Positions 55,372-64,000 of a stretch of 64,000 nt of DNA are shown here, one piece after another. The notes under the pieces were generated by a model. It saw nothing but the letters and a program-made list of their open reading frames with translations. It was not told where the DNA came from and did not search any database. The position numbers and the translations under genes were made by a program. The DNA lies in contig JACKGM010000001.1 in NCBI GenBank assembly GCA_020639315.1, positions 310,767-374,766 on the forward strand. The letters run 5' to 3'. Every line of letters begins with the position of its first letter. Positions within the stretch are counted from its first letter, which is position 1. Origin of the DNA: Candidatus Nomurabacteria bacterium. Lineage in GTDB: Bacteria; Patescibacteriota; Saccharimonadia; JAGOAT01.

Positions 55372-56315
55372 TTTTGGTCTTTATATTGCAGGTCTTTTAT
55401 TCTTTCAAGTTGATCTTCTAGTAAGGTTCGGTTGGTTTGTAACATGTCAGCAATAATCAATAAAGAGATTGACAAAAGCGATCCGACTAGCATAGTCGAA
55501 CCAAAGACGAGAGATTGGAGATGTCCACTACCTTCACCTTGGATTGCAAACAACCCATAGCGAATAAAAGGTATCCCTCCTAGGATTAAAAATATTATTG
55601 CTAAGCCACCAAATACTTTTTTGGAATGAAACATTATGTAGCTGCGTACTATTGCTGATCCAGATTTGAACATATGTTGCCAAATACTATTGAACAGCCT
55701 GGACTCTCGCGTTTTTGGATTGGTACTAATAGGTATACTGACAATCTTAAGACGTTTGTTGCCAGCCTGGATAATAGTCTCCATGCAGTAGCTAAATTCT
55801 GTAATGATGTTGATTCGATAGAGTGAATAGCGTGAATAGGCTCTAAAGCCACTGGCAGCGTCAGGTAAGTCGGTTTGGGCTGCTTGGTTGACAACCCAAC
55901 TACCAAAGCGTTGCATAATTTTCTTGAAGCCAGAGAAGTGACTAATCTCAGCAGTCTGTCTATCACCGATCACAATTTCTGCTCGTTGATCAATAATTGG
56001 TTTGACCAATTCTCCAATCATTGCCTGGGGGTATTGATTGTCGCCATCCGTATTGACGACAATGTCAGCACCATGCTTTAGTGCATAGTTGACCCCATCG
56101 TGAAAACTACGAGCAAGGCCCATATTGCGTTGGTGTTTGACGAAGTGCCTGACTCCATGGTCTTTTGCTATCTGGATAGTTTGATCAGATGACCCATCAT
56201 CTATGACTAAGATCTCAATCTGGTCTATCCCGGAAATCTTTTTTGGTATGGACTCTAGAACTAGGCCCAGAGTTTTTTCTTCATTGAGGCAAGGTATTTG
56301 GACGAACAGTTTCAT
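55368..56315 (-). CDS. Polyprenol-phosphate glycosyltransferase (GT2; Dpm1/ArnC/GtrB-like)
   Basis: Motifs VQIPCLNEEKTLG, VIDDGSSDQT and NTDGDNQYP, plus two C-terminal TM helices. Confidence 0.75.
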   Translation of the reverse strand: MKLFVQIPCLNEEKTLGLVLESIPKKISGIDQIEILVIDDGSSDQTIQIAKDHGVRHFVKHQRNMGLARSFHDGVNYALKHGADIVVNTDGDNQYPQAMIGELVKPIIDQRAEIVIGDRQTAEISHFSGFKKIMQRFGSWVVNQAAQTDLPDAASGFRAYSRYSLYRINIITEFSYCMETIIQAGNKRLKIVSIPISTNPKTRESRLFNSIWQHMFKSGSAIVRSYIMFHSKKVFGGLAIIFLILGGIPFIRYGLFAIQGEGSGHLQSLVFGSTMLVGSLLSISLLIIADMLQTNRTLLEDQLERIKDLQYKDQK

Positions 56316-56332
56316 ATCTTGTATTATATCAT

Positions 56333-57691
56333 CTAGGATCTTCGTCCGACACCAATATATCTAATATCATACTGAGCTAATGACTTGGGATTATAGGCGT
56401 TGATTGCGTCTACCAGGATGCCTTCTTTACCTAATAGATTGATGATTTGGGTTGGGGTGAAGTTGCAAAACTCTGGCCACTCAGTAGCGATAATTATTGC
56501 GTCAGGGTTTGCAGGTAACTCGGAAATAGAATCAACTATCCGGGTGCTTGTATCAAGCTGATCAAGATCTTCTCGATTAACGATTGGGTCAAATACGGTG
56601 ATACTAGCTTGATTTTTTGCACAAATATTGGCTAGGGCGATACCAGGGGACATTCTAGTGTCGCTGGTCCCTGCTTTAAATGATAATCCTAGGATAATAA
56701 TTTGCTTATTTTTTAGGGTGGTCAATCTAGTTTTAAGTTTATCAATGATGTATCCTGGCATCTTGGCATTGATTTCTTGAGTAGATCGCATTAGCTTGAG
56801 CTCAACACCGTGATCTTGAGCACTCGAGACAAGCCCACTAACATCTTTTGGGAAACAGCCTCCGCCATACCCTCGACCAGCCCTTAGGAAGGCAGTACCT
56901 ATTCTAGGGTCTAATCCAATCCCATCCATTATTTCTACCACATCAGCATCAACTTGATCAGACAAAATAGCAATCGAATTAGCAAAGCTAATCTTCATAG
57001 CCAGGAAGGCGTTGGCCGTGACTTTGATCAATTCTGCACTACTAAGCTCTGTGCTAATATAGCGACAGACTTTGGCTTGGTTAGCGATACCAGATAGCTC
57101 AGCAATTGCTTGACGATTCAATTCTACCCGGCGATAGAGATCGGTCAAGGTACTAATGGCAGCAGAGCTATCTCCACCTATAATAATTCGATCTGGGTAT
57201 AGTGTATCGGCGATAGCAGTACCTTCACGTAAAAATTCAGGATTGGATAGATAGTCAACTTTAAGACCAGACTTAGCAAAGATATCAATCAGACGATTGC
57301 CTGTGCCAACGGGTACAGTGCTTTTTTGGACATAAATGGCCTTTGGTTTCAGGTATTGCAAAGCAGTTTTGGCAGCCTCGAAGACATATTCTAGATTTGG
57401 GCTACCATCCGGGTTGTCTGGTGTACCAACGCAAGAGAAGATTATATCTGACTGTGGTATAGAATGCGCATAGGAATCGGTCGGCAAGAGCATTTTTGTT
57501 TTTAAACCTTTTTCAATCAAGGTATCAAGACCGTCTTCAAAGAAGAATGACCTTCCGGATTTGATAGTAGCCAAACGTTTTTGGTTGGGCTCTATCAAGT
57601 AAGTCTGGTACCCAGCTTGCGCAAGGATTGACCCAGTGGTCAGACCGACATAGCCGGCTCCCAGGATGGTAATCGTCGGTAAGTTATTCAT
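56333..57691 (-). CDS. ugd: UDP-glucose/GDP-mannose dehydrogenase family enzyme (probable UDP-glucose 6-dehydrogenase)
   Basis: The NAD-binding motif is ITILGAGYVGLTTG and the catalytic region is GGGCFPKD. Confidence 0.8.
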   Translation of the reverse strand: MNNLPTITILGAGYVGLTTGSILAQAGYQTYLIEPNQKRLATIKSGRSFFFEDGLDTLIEKGLKTKMLLPTDSYAHSIPQSDIIFSCVGTPDNPDGSPNLEYVFEAAKTALQYLKPKAIYVQKSTVPVGTGNRLIDIFAKSGLKVDYLSNPEFLREGTAIADTLYPDRIIIGGDSSAAISTLTDLYRRVELNRQAIAELSGIANQAKVCRYISTELSSAELIKVTANAFLAMKISFANSIAILSDQVDADVVEIMDGIGLDPRIGTAFLRAGRGYGGGCFPKDVSGLVSSAQDHGVELKLMRSTQEINAKMPGYIIDKLKTRLTTLKNKQIIILGLSFKAGTSDTRMSPGIALANICAKNQASITVFDPIVNREDLDQLDTSTRIVDSISELPANPDAIIIATEWPEFCNFTPTQIINLLGKEGILVDAINAYNPKSLAQYDIRYIGVGRRS

Positions 57692-57724
57692 GTGGGGTAG
57701 GCTTTTTGAATTTAATAATCTACC

Positions 57725-58399
57725 TTAGAGGACTTTATCCTTGATTAAGTGGTAGACGGAAGGGAGGACGGAAATAATAACAATCACAATCGTAGTAGGC
57801 AAGAGATACTCTTCGGCTTGGGGTATAGTACTGCCCAAAATAAAGCCAAGCCAAGTGATTCCGATTGCCCAGAGTACTGCACCGATTAGGTTAAAAATAA
57901 GAAATCTTTTGTAGTGCATTCCGCTTACTCCAGCTAAGATTGGGGCAAAGGTCCGGATGATTGGCATAAATCTAGCGATGATAATTGCTTTGCCGCCATG
58001 TTTTTCATAAAAGCCTTGAGCTTTTATTAGATGAGATTTCTTAAAAATCATTGAGTCTTTACGCTCAAAAATTCTTGGACCGACCCGCTTACCAAAACTA
58101 TAGCCTACGCTATCTCCAGCTACTGCCCCGATAAAAGTTGCAATTGAGAGGAAGAAAATATTAAAAAATCCTTGTGAAGCTAAGAAGCCAGCCGTGAAGA
58201 GTAGACTATCTCCTGGAAGCATGAAACCAATCAGTAAACCAGATTCGGCAAATGCCGTGAAGGCAATGATCAGGACTCCGACAATAGTACCAAACTCCTT
58301 GGCCCTGTCAGCAATGTCAAAGAATTCTAAGGCTGCTAGGGATTGGATAATTTGGTTTAAAATCTGATTTAGGACATTCATCAAACAGTATTTTAGCAT
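57725..58399 (-). CDS. DedA-family membrane protein
   Basis: Motifs LPGDSLLFTAGFLA and GKAIIIARFMPIIRTFAPILAG. Confidence 0.75.
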   Translation of the reverse strand: MLKYCLMNVLNQILNQIIQSLAALEFFDIADRAKEFGTIVGVLIIAFTAFAESGLLIGFMLPGDSLLFTAGFLASQGFFNIFFLSIATFIGAVAGDSVGYSFGKRVGPRIFERKDSMIFKKSHLIKAQGFYEKHGGKAIIIARFMPIIRTFAPILAGVSGMHYKRFLIFNLIGAVLWAIGITWLGFILGSTIPQAEEYLLPTTIVIVIISVLPSVYHLIKDKVL

Positions 58400-58414
58400 A
58401 ACACCTAGATTTGT

Positions 58415-58578
58415 TATAGTAAGCTCAAAACCAAACCGGACAATTTGAGCTGTACTATAGAGAACTAGAAAGGTAGTTCTTCTTAAGAGCCATATCCATA
58501 GATATGGTGAGTAAGAAAACTAGCTTGATAGACTCTAGAGTTGGGTCAAAAGTCTGGTTTTGTTTTTAACTTGCTATA
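58415..58578. mobile_element. MITE-like element family 1, medium copy (164 bp, inverted relative to 28623-28954), between divergent dedA and sortase
   Basis: It has the same terminal inverted repeats and the internal block AGAACTAGAAAGGTAGTTCTTCTTAAGAGCCATATCCATAGATATGGTGAGTAAG. It lacks the nested 161-bp insertion. Confidence 0.75.
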
Positions 58579-58589
58579 TAATATTTGAT

Positions 58590-59276
58590 ATGGCGAAACT
58601 AAGAAAACAAATCACTAGAGTAGAAAAAACGCCAAAGGCAAAATTGACTAAAGGGTATCGATCACTAAGATTTTTTAACGATCTCTTAAGTATCTTAATA
58701 TTTTGCTTGGCGATTTATATCATCATCACACCTTTCTTGCCTGAGTTGAGGCTGAGATTAGACCAATGGCTTCATGGAGATAGTCAGCTAGTCTATCAAA
58801 GTGCTCTAGCTCAAGGTAATAATCAAGATTTGCTCCCAGTACCAGAAGTCAATACGCTGGTCATCCCGAAGATCGGTGTCAATGGGGAGGTTTACGAAGG
58901 AGCTGATGCTAGTACCTTGGAGCTTGGTATTTGGCGTCGACCCAATACTTCGACTCCAGATCAGGGGGGAAATACAGTAATAGTCGCCCATAGGTTTATG
59001 TATACCAATGGACCAAAGACTTTCTACCACTTAGACAAGCTTGAGGATGGAGATAAGATCCAAGTTTACTGGGAAGGACAAGAGTATATTTATCAAGTCT
59101 ACGAAACTGAAGTGGTTGCACCGACGGCGGTAGAGGTCGAGGATCCAAGTGATCAGCCAATCTTAACACTCTATACCTGTACTCCTTTGTGGACAGCCAA
59201 GGATCGATTGGTTGTCCGCGCTAAATTGATTTATGGACCAGATACCAATTTGATTGAGTCAGAGGAGGGGCTATGA
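58590..59276 (+). CDS. Sortase-family transpeptidase
   Basis: The catalytic motifs are VIVAHR (His), TLYTCTP (Cys) and RLVVRA (Arg). I prefer the ATG at 58590, because the ORF-track start at 58560 lies inside the MITE terminus. Confidence 0.8.
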   Translation: MAKLRKQITRVEKTPKAKLTKGYRSLRFFNDLLSILIFCLAIYIIITPFLPELRLRLDQWLHGDSQLVYQSALAQGNNQDLLPVPEVNTLVIPKIGVNGEVYEGADASTLELGIWRRPNTSTPDQGGNTVIVAHRFMYTNGPKTFYHLDKLEDGDKIQVYWEGQEYIYQVYETEVVAPTAVEVEDPSDQPILTLYTCTPLWTAKDRLVVRAKLIYGPDTNLIESEEGL

Positions 59277-59392
59277 TTAAAAAAGAAGCGATTAGGCTGG
59301 TGCTACTAATACTATTGTTAGTGATAACGATCGGAGTGATAGTCTTGATGCAAAGGGGTTATGATGCAAACTTTACAGAAACATTTAGTTAA
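59273..59392 (+). CDS. Small (39 aa) single-TM protein, below the ORF-track length cutoff
   Basis: ATGA overlap with the sortase stop, with GAGGAGGGG immediately upstream. It translates to MIKKEAIRLVLLILLLVITIGVIVLMQRGYDANFTETFS. Confidence 0.4.
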   Translation: MIKKEAIRLVLLILLLVITIGVIVLMQRGYDANFTETFS

Positions 59393-59401
59393 GGTTCATT
59401 G

Positions 59402-61135
59402 ATGAGCCAAGCCGTAGAGCAAGTAAAGTCCCGGCTTGATTTAGTAGAGTTTCTTGCTCGTTATCTTAGTCTCAAAAAAGCTGGCTCAAGCTACAAGGGA
59501 TTGTCCCCCTTCAATCCAGAAAAAACTCCAAGCTTTGTCGTCAACCCAGATAAAGGCGTTTGGTATGATTTTTCAGCTGGTTTCGGTGGGGATATCTTTG
59601 ATTTTGTGATGCGGATTGAAGGAGTTGATTTTTATCAAGCCCTGAAACAACTTGCAGAGATTGCCGGAGTGGAAATAGAGCCTACCTTGATCAGCAAGGG
59701 CAAGCAGGTCAATAAAAAATTGCTTTACGAGCTCAATCAATTAGCCAGAAACTTTTATCAGCATAGGTTACTCAAAACTGATCAAGCACTAGAGTATTTG
59801 AAACAGCGAGGGATTAATCGACAAGCAATTATTGACTTTGGGATTGGTTATGCTCCAGCTAGTGGTCAGGAACTATATAAATTTTTATTGGCCAAAGGCT
59901 ACAAGTCAGAGGATTTGTTGGAGGTAAGCCTGGTCGGCAAAAGTAGTCGTGGGTATTATGATTTTTTCAGAGATAGGATTACTTTGCCAGTCAATGATTT
60001 GCAGGGTCGGGTGATTGGATTTTCGGCTAGGCTAATAAAGCCTAAAGATGGAGTAGGTAAATATATCAATACTTCCAATAACCCTATCTACCAGAAATCT
60101 GAGGCAATCTATGGAATTGTTCAGGCAAGAGAGGAGATCAAGCGAGAGGATCAAGTGATCGTAGTCGAGGGCAACTTGGATGTGATTAGCCTCAGTCAGG
60201 CTGGCGTCAAGAATGTGGTCGCTGGGTCTGGAACAGCGGTTGGTAGGGGACAGATTAAATTACTCTCCAGATATACATCGAATATCACCCTCTGCTTTGA
60301 TGGTGATCGGGCAGGGAGAGAAGCTACTGACAAGCTGATCAAGGCAGTTTTTGATCTAGAGCTCAATTTGAAGATCGTTTTTATGCCAGATGGAGAAGAT
60401 CCAGATTCCTTGGTCGGTCAAGGGTTGGAAGCTTGGCAGAAAGTGGTAGATCAGGCAGTAAGCCTTGAAGACTATCTACTTAAGCTCAAGCCACGGGATT
60501 TTGATTTGGCAGATTTGAGATCAAGACTAAGCTACATCAAGTATATTTTTGGATTTTTGGAGTGTAGTAAAAGCCAATCGGAAGTCGAGAGTTATATCCA
60601 AGCCCTAGCGAAGGTAACCAGACTATCGAGAGCCAGTGTATTACGAGATTTCAAAGCCTATCTCAAGGGGCAACCCCCTCAGTCAAACGATCAGGAAGTA
60701 GCTTCAGCTAAAGCTGAGGCAAAGGCAGCAACCCTTGAAGATGATCTGAAGATGTTAATTTTGGGCTACAAAGAGATTTTTGAAGATTTTAAGACCCAAG
60801 ACCTCCTACACTTGGATTTGGATCAGGAGTGGTTTGCCAATATTATCACTGAGGACTTGTCAGATACTAGTAAAGATGTTAATCTATTAATATTGAAAGC
60901 GCAGGAGCGTTTTGTCGCCCTGTCTATGCAAGACGCATTTAGTCAATATCGATTTATTATCGCAAAATTATTTGATCAATGGTATGATCAGCAGTTATCC
61001 GAGCTAAGAAGTAGCTTAAATCAGGCTGAGCTTGAAGGGGATCAAGCTCGTAGCCACCAATTATTGGAAACCTATCAAAAATTATTAAAGGAGAAGAATG
61101 AACGACGACAATCTAGATCTAGGTCAAATTACTGA
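59402..61135 (+). CDS. dnaG: DNA primase DnaG with all four zinc-ribbon ligands substituted
   Basis: The zinc-binding-domain-like N-terminus is [45 protein letters not shown] region is present ([22 protein letters not shown]). Confidence 0.85.
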   Translation: MSQAVEQVKSRLDLVEFLARYLSLKKAGSSYKGLSPFNPEKTPSFVVNPDKGVWYDFSAGFGGDIFDFVMRIEGVDFYQALKQLAEIAGVEIEPTLISKGKQVNKKLLYELNQLARNFYQHRLLKTDQALEYLKQRGINRQAIIDFGIGYAPASGQELYKFLLAKGYKSEDLLEVSLVGKSSRGYYDFFRDRITLPVNDLQGRVIGFSARLIKPKDGVGKYINTSNNPIYQKSEAIYGIVQAREEIKREDQVIVVEGNLDVISLSQAGVKNVVAGSGTAVGRGQIKLLSRYTSNITLCFDGDRAGREATDKLIKAVFDLELNLKIVFMPDGEDPDSLVGQGLEAWQKVVDQAVSLEDYLLKLKPRDFDLADLRSRLSYIKYIFGFLECSKSQSEVESYIQALAKVTRLSRASVLRDFKAYLKGQPPQSNDQEVASAKAEAKAATLEDDLKMLILGYKEIFEDFKTQDLLHLDLDQEWFANIITEDLSDTSKDVNLLILKAQERFVALSMQDAFSQYRFIIAKLFDQWYDQQLSELRSSLNQAELEGDQARSHQLLETYQKLLKEKNERRQSRSRSNY

Positions 61136-62189
61136 TGCCCTAGTCAAGGTCTACAAAAAAAATAAAAAAGTTACCTACCAAGATATTATTAAAGTTGTTC
61201 CCAATGTCGAGGAGGATATTGAGCTAGTCGATCAAATCTATGCCAATTTACTCGAACAAGGGATTGAGGTTCATGGTAAGAATGAAGATGAACAGGCTGC
61301 GGATTTCTCAGAAGACAATGCCCGAGCAGGTGGCTACTTAACAGAAGAAGATTTCAAGGATATTTCTGACGATTCAATCCGGATGTATCTTAGAGAGATT
61401 GGTAAAATCCCTCTAATCGATTCCGACAAAGAGGTAGAGCTTGCCAAAAGGATTGAGGATGGGGACAGTCGGGCGAAAGCGGAACTAGCTGAAGCTAATA
61501 TGCGCTTGGTCGTCAGTATTGCTAAGCGGTATGTTGGTAGGGGTCTAGATTTATTAGACCTGATCCAAGAGGGTAATATCGGCTTGCTTCGAGCAGTCGA
61601 GAAGTTTGATTACACTCGAGGATTTAAGTTTTCCACCTATGCTACTTGGTGGATTCGCCAAGCAATCACTCGGGCGATAGCTGATCAGGCTAGGACTATT
61701 AGGATTCCTGTACATATGGTCGAGACTATCAACAAGCTAGTCCGTACCCAAAGGAGGATGACTCAAGAGCTTGGACGAGAGCCAACCAACAAGGAGCTGG
61801 GTAAGGCAATGGATATGGATGCTAAGAAAGTTGCTCATATCTTTAAGATTGCCCAAGAGACTGCTTCGCTCGATTCGACGATTGGAGATGATAAGGATTC
61901 GACACTGGGGGACTTTATTGAAGATGGTGATACCTTGAAGCCAGAGGAGGCCACTTCGGCTCAGCTACTCAAGGAGCAATTGCATAGTGCACTTGAGAAG
62001 GTTGTGTCGGATCGTGAGAGGTTGATACTAAGGATGAGGTTTGGCTTGGAGGATGGCAGGAGTCATACTCTGGAAGAAGTAGGGAAGTATTTTGGAGTGA
62101 CTAGAGAGAGAATTCGACAGATTGAAGCTAAGGCTCTTGCACGGCTGCGTAACAACCGCGATACCATCAGGCTCAAAGAGCATCTTTAA
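61098..62189 (+). CDS. rpoD: Primary RNA polymerase sigma factor (sigma-70 family, RpoD)
   Basis: Motifs [41 protein letters not shown] and a region 4 helix-turn-helix, [20 protein letters not shown]. The SD is AAGGAG. Confidence 0.9.
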   Translation: MNDDNLDLGQITDALVKVYKKNKKVTYQDIIKVVPNVEEDIELVDQIYANLLEQGIEVHGKNEDEQAADFSEDNARAGGYLTEEDFKDISDDSIRMYLREIGKIPLIDSDKEVELAKRIEDGDSRAKAELAEANMRLVVSIAKRYVGRGLDLLDLIQEGNIGLLRAVEKFDYTRGFKFSTYATWWIRQAITRAIADQARTIRIPVHMVETINKLVRTQRRMTQELGREPTNKELGKAMDMDAKKVAHIFKIAQETASLDSTIGDDKDSTLGDFIEDGDTLKPEEATSAQLLKEQLHSALEKVVSDRERLILRMRFGLEDGRSHTLEEVGKYFGVTRERIRQIEAKALARLRNNRDTIRLKEHL

Positions 62190-62235
62190 AATCAGACTCT
62201 TTTCCAGCGCAGAATGAGCCTAAACAAGGTTCACC

Positions 62236-62256
62236 TTTTGTTTTTAACTTGCTATA
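62236..62256. repeat. Solo terminal fragment of MITE family 1
   Basis: CTTTTGTTTTTAACTTGCTATA matches the terminus at 58557-58578. Confidence 0.5.
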
Positions 62257-62378
62257 TGCTCTAGGTAAGCTAATTACCCTGTCGGATCCGATCACTTTTG
62301 AGGTGGCCCTACACTCATCAAGCCACCGACAAAGTCGGTGGTGCCTGACTTGTGACATAAAGCCACTAGTCGGTAGCC

Positions 62379-62407
62379 TTGACTATCGACTAATTCGTAC
62401 CTACAAT
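62379..62407 (+). promoter_or_regulatory. Promoter TTGACT-N17-TACAAT; the -10 box ends 8 nt before the mazE-like ATG (leaderless geometry)
   Basis: Hexamers at 62379-62384 and 62402-62407. The ATG is at 62416 and has no SD. Confidence 0.5.
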
Positions 62408-62415
62408 GTAATTAT

Positions 62416-62658
62416 ATGCAGACTTCAATTATTCAGATAGGCAACTCAAAAGGCATAAGAATACCAAAGCCTCTTTTAGAACAAAGTGGTCTTAATAAAG
62501 ATGTAGTAATCAAGGCTGAGAAAGGTAGAATTCTCATAGAGAGACCCCCTTTTTCTGACAAGTTGGATATATCTGAGACAATGTTCCTCAGTCAATCCAG
62601 TCTAGCACTTGACTGGCTTAGGCCAGAAGAGGACGAAGCATGGGAAGACTTAGAGTAG
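62416..62658 (+). CDS. AbrB/MazE-family antitoxin
   Basis: It has the SpoVT/AbrB-type N-terminus MQTSIIQIGNSKGIRIPKPLLEQSGL and overlaps the downstream toxin gene. Confidence 0.7.
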   Translation: MQTSIIQIGNSKGIRIPKPLLEQSGLNKDVVIKAEKGRILIERPPFSDKLDISETMFLSQSSLALDWLRPEEDEAWEDLE

Positions 62659-62966
62659 GAACTGTTTTGTCTTGCAGGTTTCCTTTTACCGATCTTAGCT
62701 CGGATAAGGTAAGGCCGGCGGTTATTGTAGCAAAAGCTGAGCTGGGAGATATCATTTTGTGCCAAATTACTTCAAGGAATTATTCAAGCAAGAAAGCGAT
62801 TGCTCTAAAGTCAACCGATTTCGAATCCGGGGCATTGCCGATTGATAGCTATATCCGACCAGACAAGCTATTTACTGCCAATACTACCATCATAAAAACC
62901 GTTTACGGGGTTATATCAAAAGTAAAGCAAGAGCAACTATCTGATTCTATTAAGAGCTTATTCTAG
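62640..62966 (+). CDS. MazF/PemK-family toxin (endoribonuclease)
   Basis: 108 aa. The pattern GTVLSCRFPFTDLSSDKVRPAVIV...ILCQITS is PemK-like. Confidence 0.65.
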   Translation: MGRLRVGTVLSCRFPFTDLSSDKVRPAVIVAKAELGDIILCQITSRNYSSKKAIALKSTDFESGALPIDSYIRPDKLFTANTTIIKTVYGVISKVKQEQLSDSIKSLF

Positions 62967-63006
62967 CTAACCAGACTTCTTAGGGAAACTACGCACAGAA
63001 ACAAAA

Positions 63007-63037
63007 AACCACTCTCCTCACGATGAGAGAAGTGGTT
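63007..63037 (-). terminator. Hairpin followed by a T-run on the minus strand (intrinsic-terminator-like)
   Basis: AACCACTCTCCTC-ACGA-TGAGAGAAGTGGTT. The plus-strand A-run just 5' of and running into the stem (63003-63008) reads as TTTTTTG just after the stem on the minus strand. No clear minus-strand gene feeds into it. Confidence 0.3.
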
Positions 63038-63042
63038 CTAGG

Positions 63043-63204
63043 CTCGACTTACGCAAAACCTTGGTCTATACAGGGTCACTTTCCAGTGATTCAGAAGTTC
63101 TTTTATCTGATGGAAGCGATACCTTAGTATCGGTGACAGCTTAAAAAAGGAGTTCTGGACGCTGGAGGTGAGTCTGGGAGTTCAGGGATTTTGCGTAAGT
63201 CGAG
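63043..63204. mobile_element. Palindromic element family 2, copy c (162 bp), intergenic, at the compositional boundary
   Basis: Its termini are CTCGACTTACGCAAAACC and GGATTTTGCGTAAGTCGAG. The interior is homologous to 32653-32813. Confidence 0.7.
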
Positions 63205-63453
63205 TAGAGAGACCGTTATGGTGGCCCTACTGAGACACCTCTCGCGACGACCGCCGCAGATTCCGACCACGTCCGTTCAACGGCTGATCGCTGGGACATC
63301 GTGCAATGTCAACCCGAACCCAGCGAAGCACTTTTCGGAAACCGAGACGCAGTGGTATGTAGTTGAAACTGTGCGCAGTCACGCGCTACGAGTCGTCGAG
63401 TGGGGCCCCCATGACCTTGACTAATTGAATTGTTGCTGTATCCTTCTTCTTAG

Positions 63454-63927
63454 ATGGGAAATTTTCAACGTCGGTTACCAAATCCAGTAGTGACCTTCCT
63501 TCCAACTTTTGAAGAAAGGGTTATGCTATATCGACGCCGCGACAGTGAGCGAAACTTTCCAGGACTTTGGGCCTTCCCTGGTGGAAAGGTCGAAATAGGC
63601 GAGACCTTTGTGGACGCTGTTTTCCGAGAGTTGAACGAAGAGACAGGCCTTTCTGCAACGGGTGAGATACTCGTTCTGAATTCGTACTGCTTTGGGACGT
63701 CGACCGGCATGACATTTGGTGTCCGGGTAGCAAGCCCAAAGCTCGGTTTCGGTGCAGAGATCAAAGAGCCGCTCTGGGTAACATCTGTTGCCGATCTTGA
63801 AAGGCTCGACCGAATCCCTGGCATTGATAACCACTATCACGACCTGCGGCGATTGCTTTTCGATCGCCAAGCTTGGATCGACGCCTCTAGCTTTAATTTG
63901 ACATCCGACAAGTACCTGAACACCTGA
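63454..63927 (+). CDS. Nudix hydrolase encoded in GC-rich DNA
   Basis: The Nudix box is [24 protein letters not shown]. Codon usage is visibly GC-richer than in the rest of the window. Confidence 0.7.
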   Translation: MGNFQRRLPNPVVTFLPTFEERVMLYRRRDSERNFPGLWAFPGGKVEIGETFVDAVFRELNEETGLSATGEILVLNSYCFGTSTGMTFGVRVASPKLGFGAEIKEPLWVTSVADLERLDRIPGIDNHYHDLRRLLFDRQAWIDASSFNLTSDKYLNT

Positions 63928-64000
63928 AGTCATATTCCAAGCATCGATCTCCCTGCCGTTTCAAGGGCCTCCATTAGACGACGCATGTGGTCGTTCTTCA

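Noticed and set aside
62302-63230. An 11-bp direct repeat, GGTGGCCCTAC, at 62302-62312 and 63220-63230, bracketing the mazEF module and the palindromic element; considered as possible att sites
   Set aside because: An 11-mer match within 1 kb is expected several times by chance in a 64-kb window. No integrase is present, so this is insufficient evidence.
63191-63933. ORF 63191-63424 (plus strand) and three overlapping minus-strand ORFs (63465-63824, 63521-63739, 63526-63933)
   Set aside because: Long spurious ORFs are typical of GC-rich DNA. The minus-strand ORFs overlap the Nudix gene, which has a clear Nudix box, and none of them shows a recognisable motif.
1-64000. An alternative genetic code (UGA recoding, as in some CPR lineages)
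   Set aside because: Many well-supported genes, including the holA-like fragment, the sortase and the pilus-operon small ORF, terminate at TGA with sensible lengths and coupled downstream starts. The standard bacterial code fits.

Overview
A densely packed 64-kb window of low-GC DNA (about 40% GC by eye). It uses the standard genetic code, with TGA as a stop. Gene content resembles a small-genome Patescibacteria/CPR bacterium, possibly Saccharibacteria-like, but this is inference from gene content with no database search. Layout: (1) 0.5-10 kb is a Gram-positive-type type IV secretion (T4SS)-like cluster. It has a PrgI/VirB3-like protein, VirB4 ATPase, a 1012-aa polytopic protein ending in an M15/VanY peptidase, a GH73-like hydrolase and several membrane-anchored unknowns, with no relaxase, coupling protein or integrase in view. 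(2) 10.3-17.1 kb is one roughly 2250-aa surface protein fusing an SGNH esterase, a lytic transglycosylase, DUF11-type repeats and an Asn/Thr tract. (3) 17.4-26.6 kb is a type IV pilus operon: pilMNO, pilB, pilT, pilC and four prepilins. (4) Next come tRNA-Arg, tRNA-His, argS, hsp20 and rpsT. (5) 30.9-32.0 kb holds three tandem VirB2/TrbC-like T4SS pilin paralogs. (6) 32-57.7 kb is a surface-glycan locus with two Wzm/Wzt-type ABC exporters, many glycosyltransferases, pmm, gmd, an rmd-like reductase, ugd, GT-C-like membrane proteins and a secreted bulb-lectin protein. (7) The remainder holds dedA, sortase, dnaG, rpoD, a mazEF-like toxin-antitoxin pair, then an abrupt switch to GC-rich DNA carrying a Nudix gene. 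The most unusual signals are in the non-coding DNA. These are a REP/BIME-like hairpin repeat family with compensatory base changes, two MITE-like families (one nested, one sitting in-frame inside two genes), a fixed-geometry 87-bp element next to both T4SS loci, and a recurring promoter-to-ATG spacing that implies leaderless mRNAs. All calls come from reading the sequence and ORF translations by eye. No HMM or BLAST search was run.
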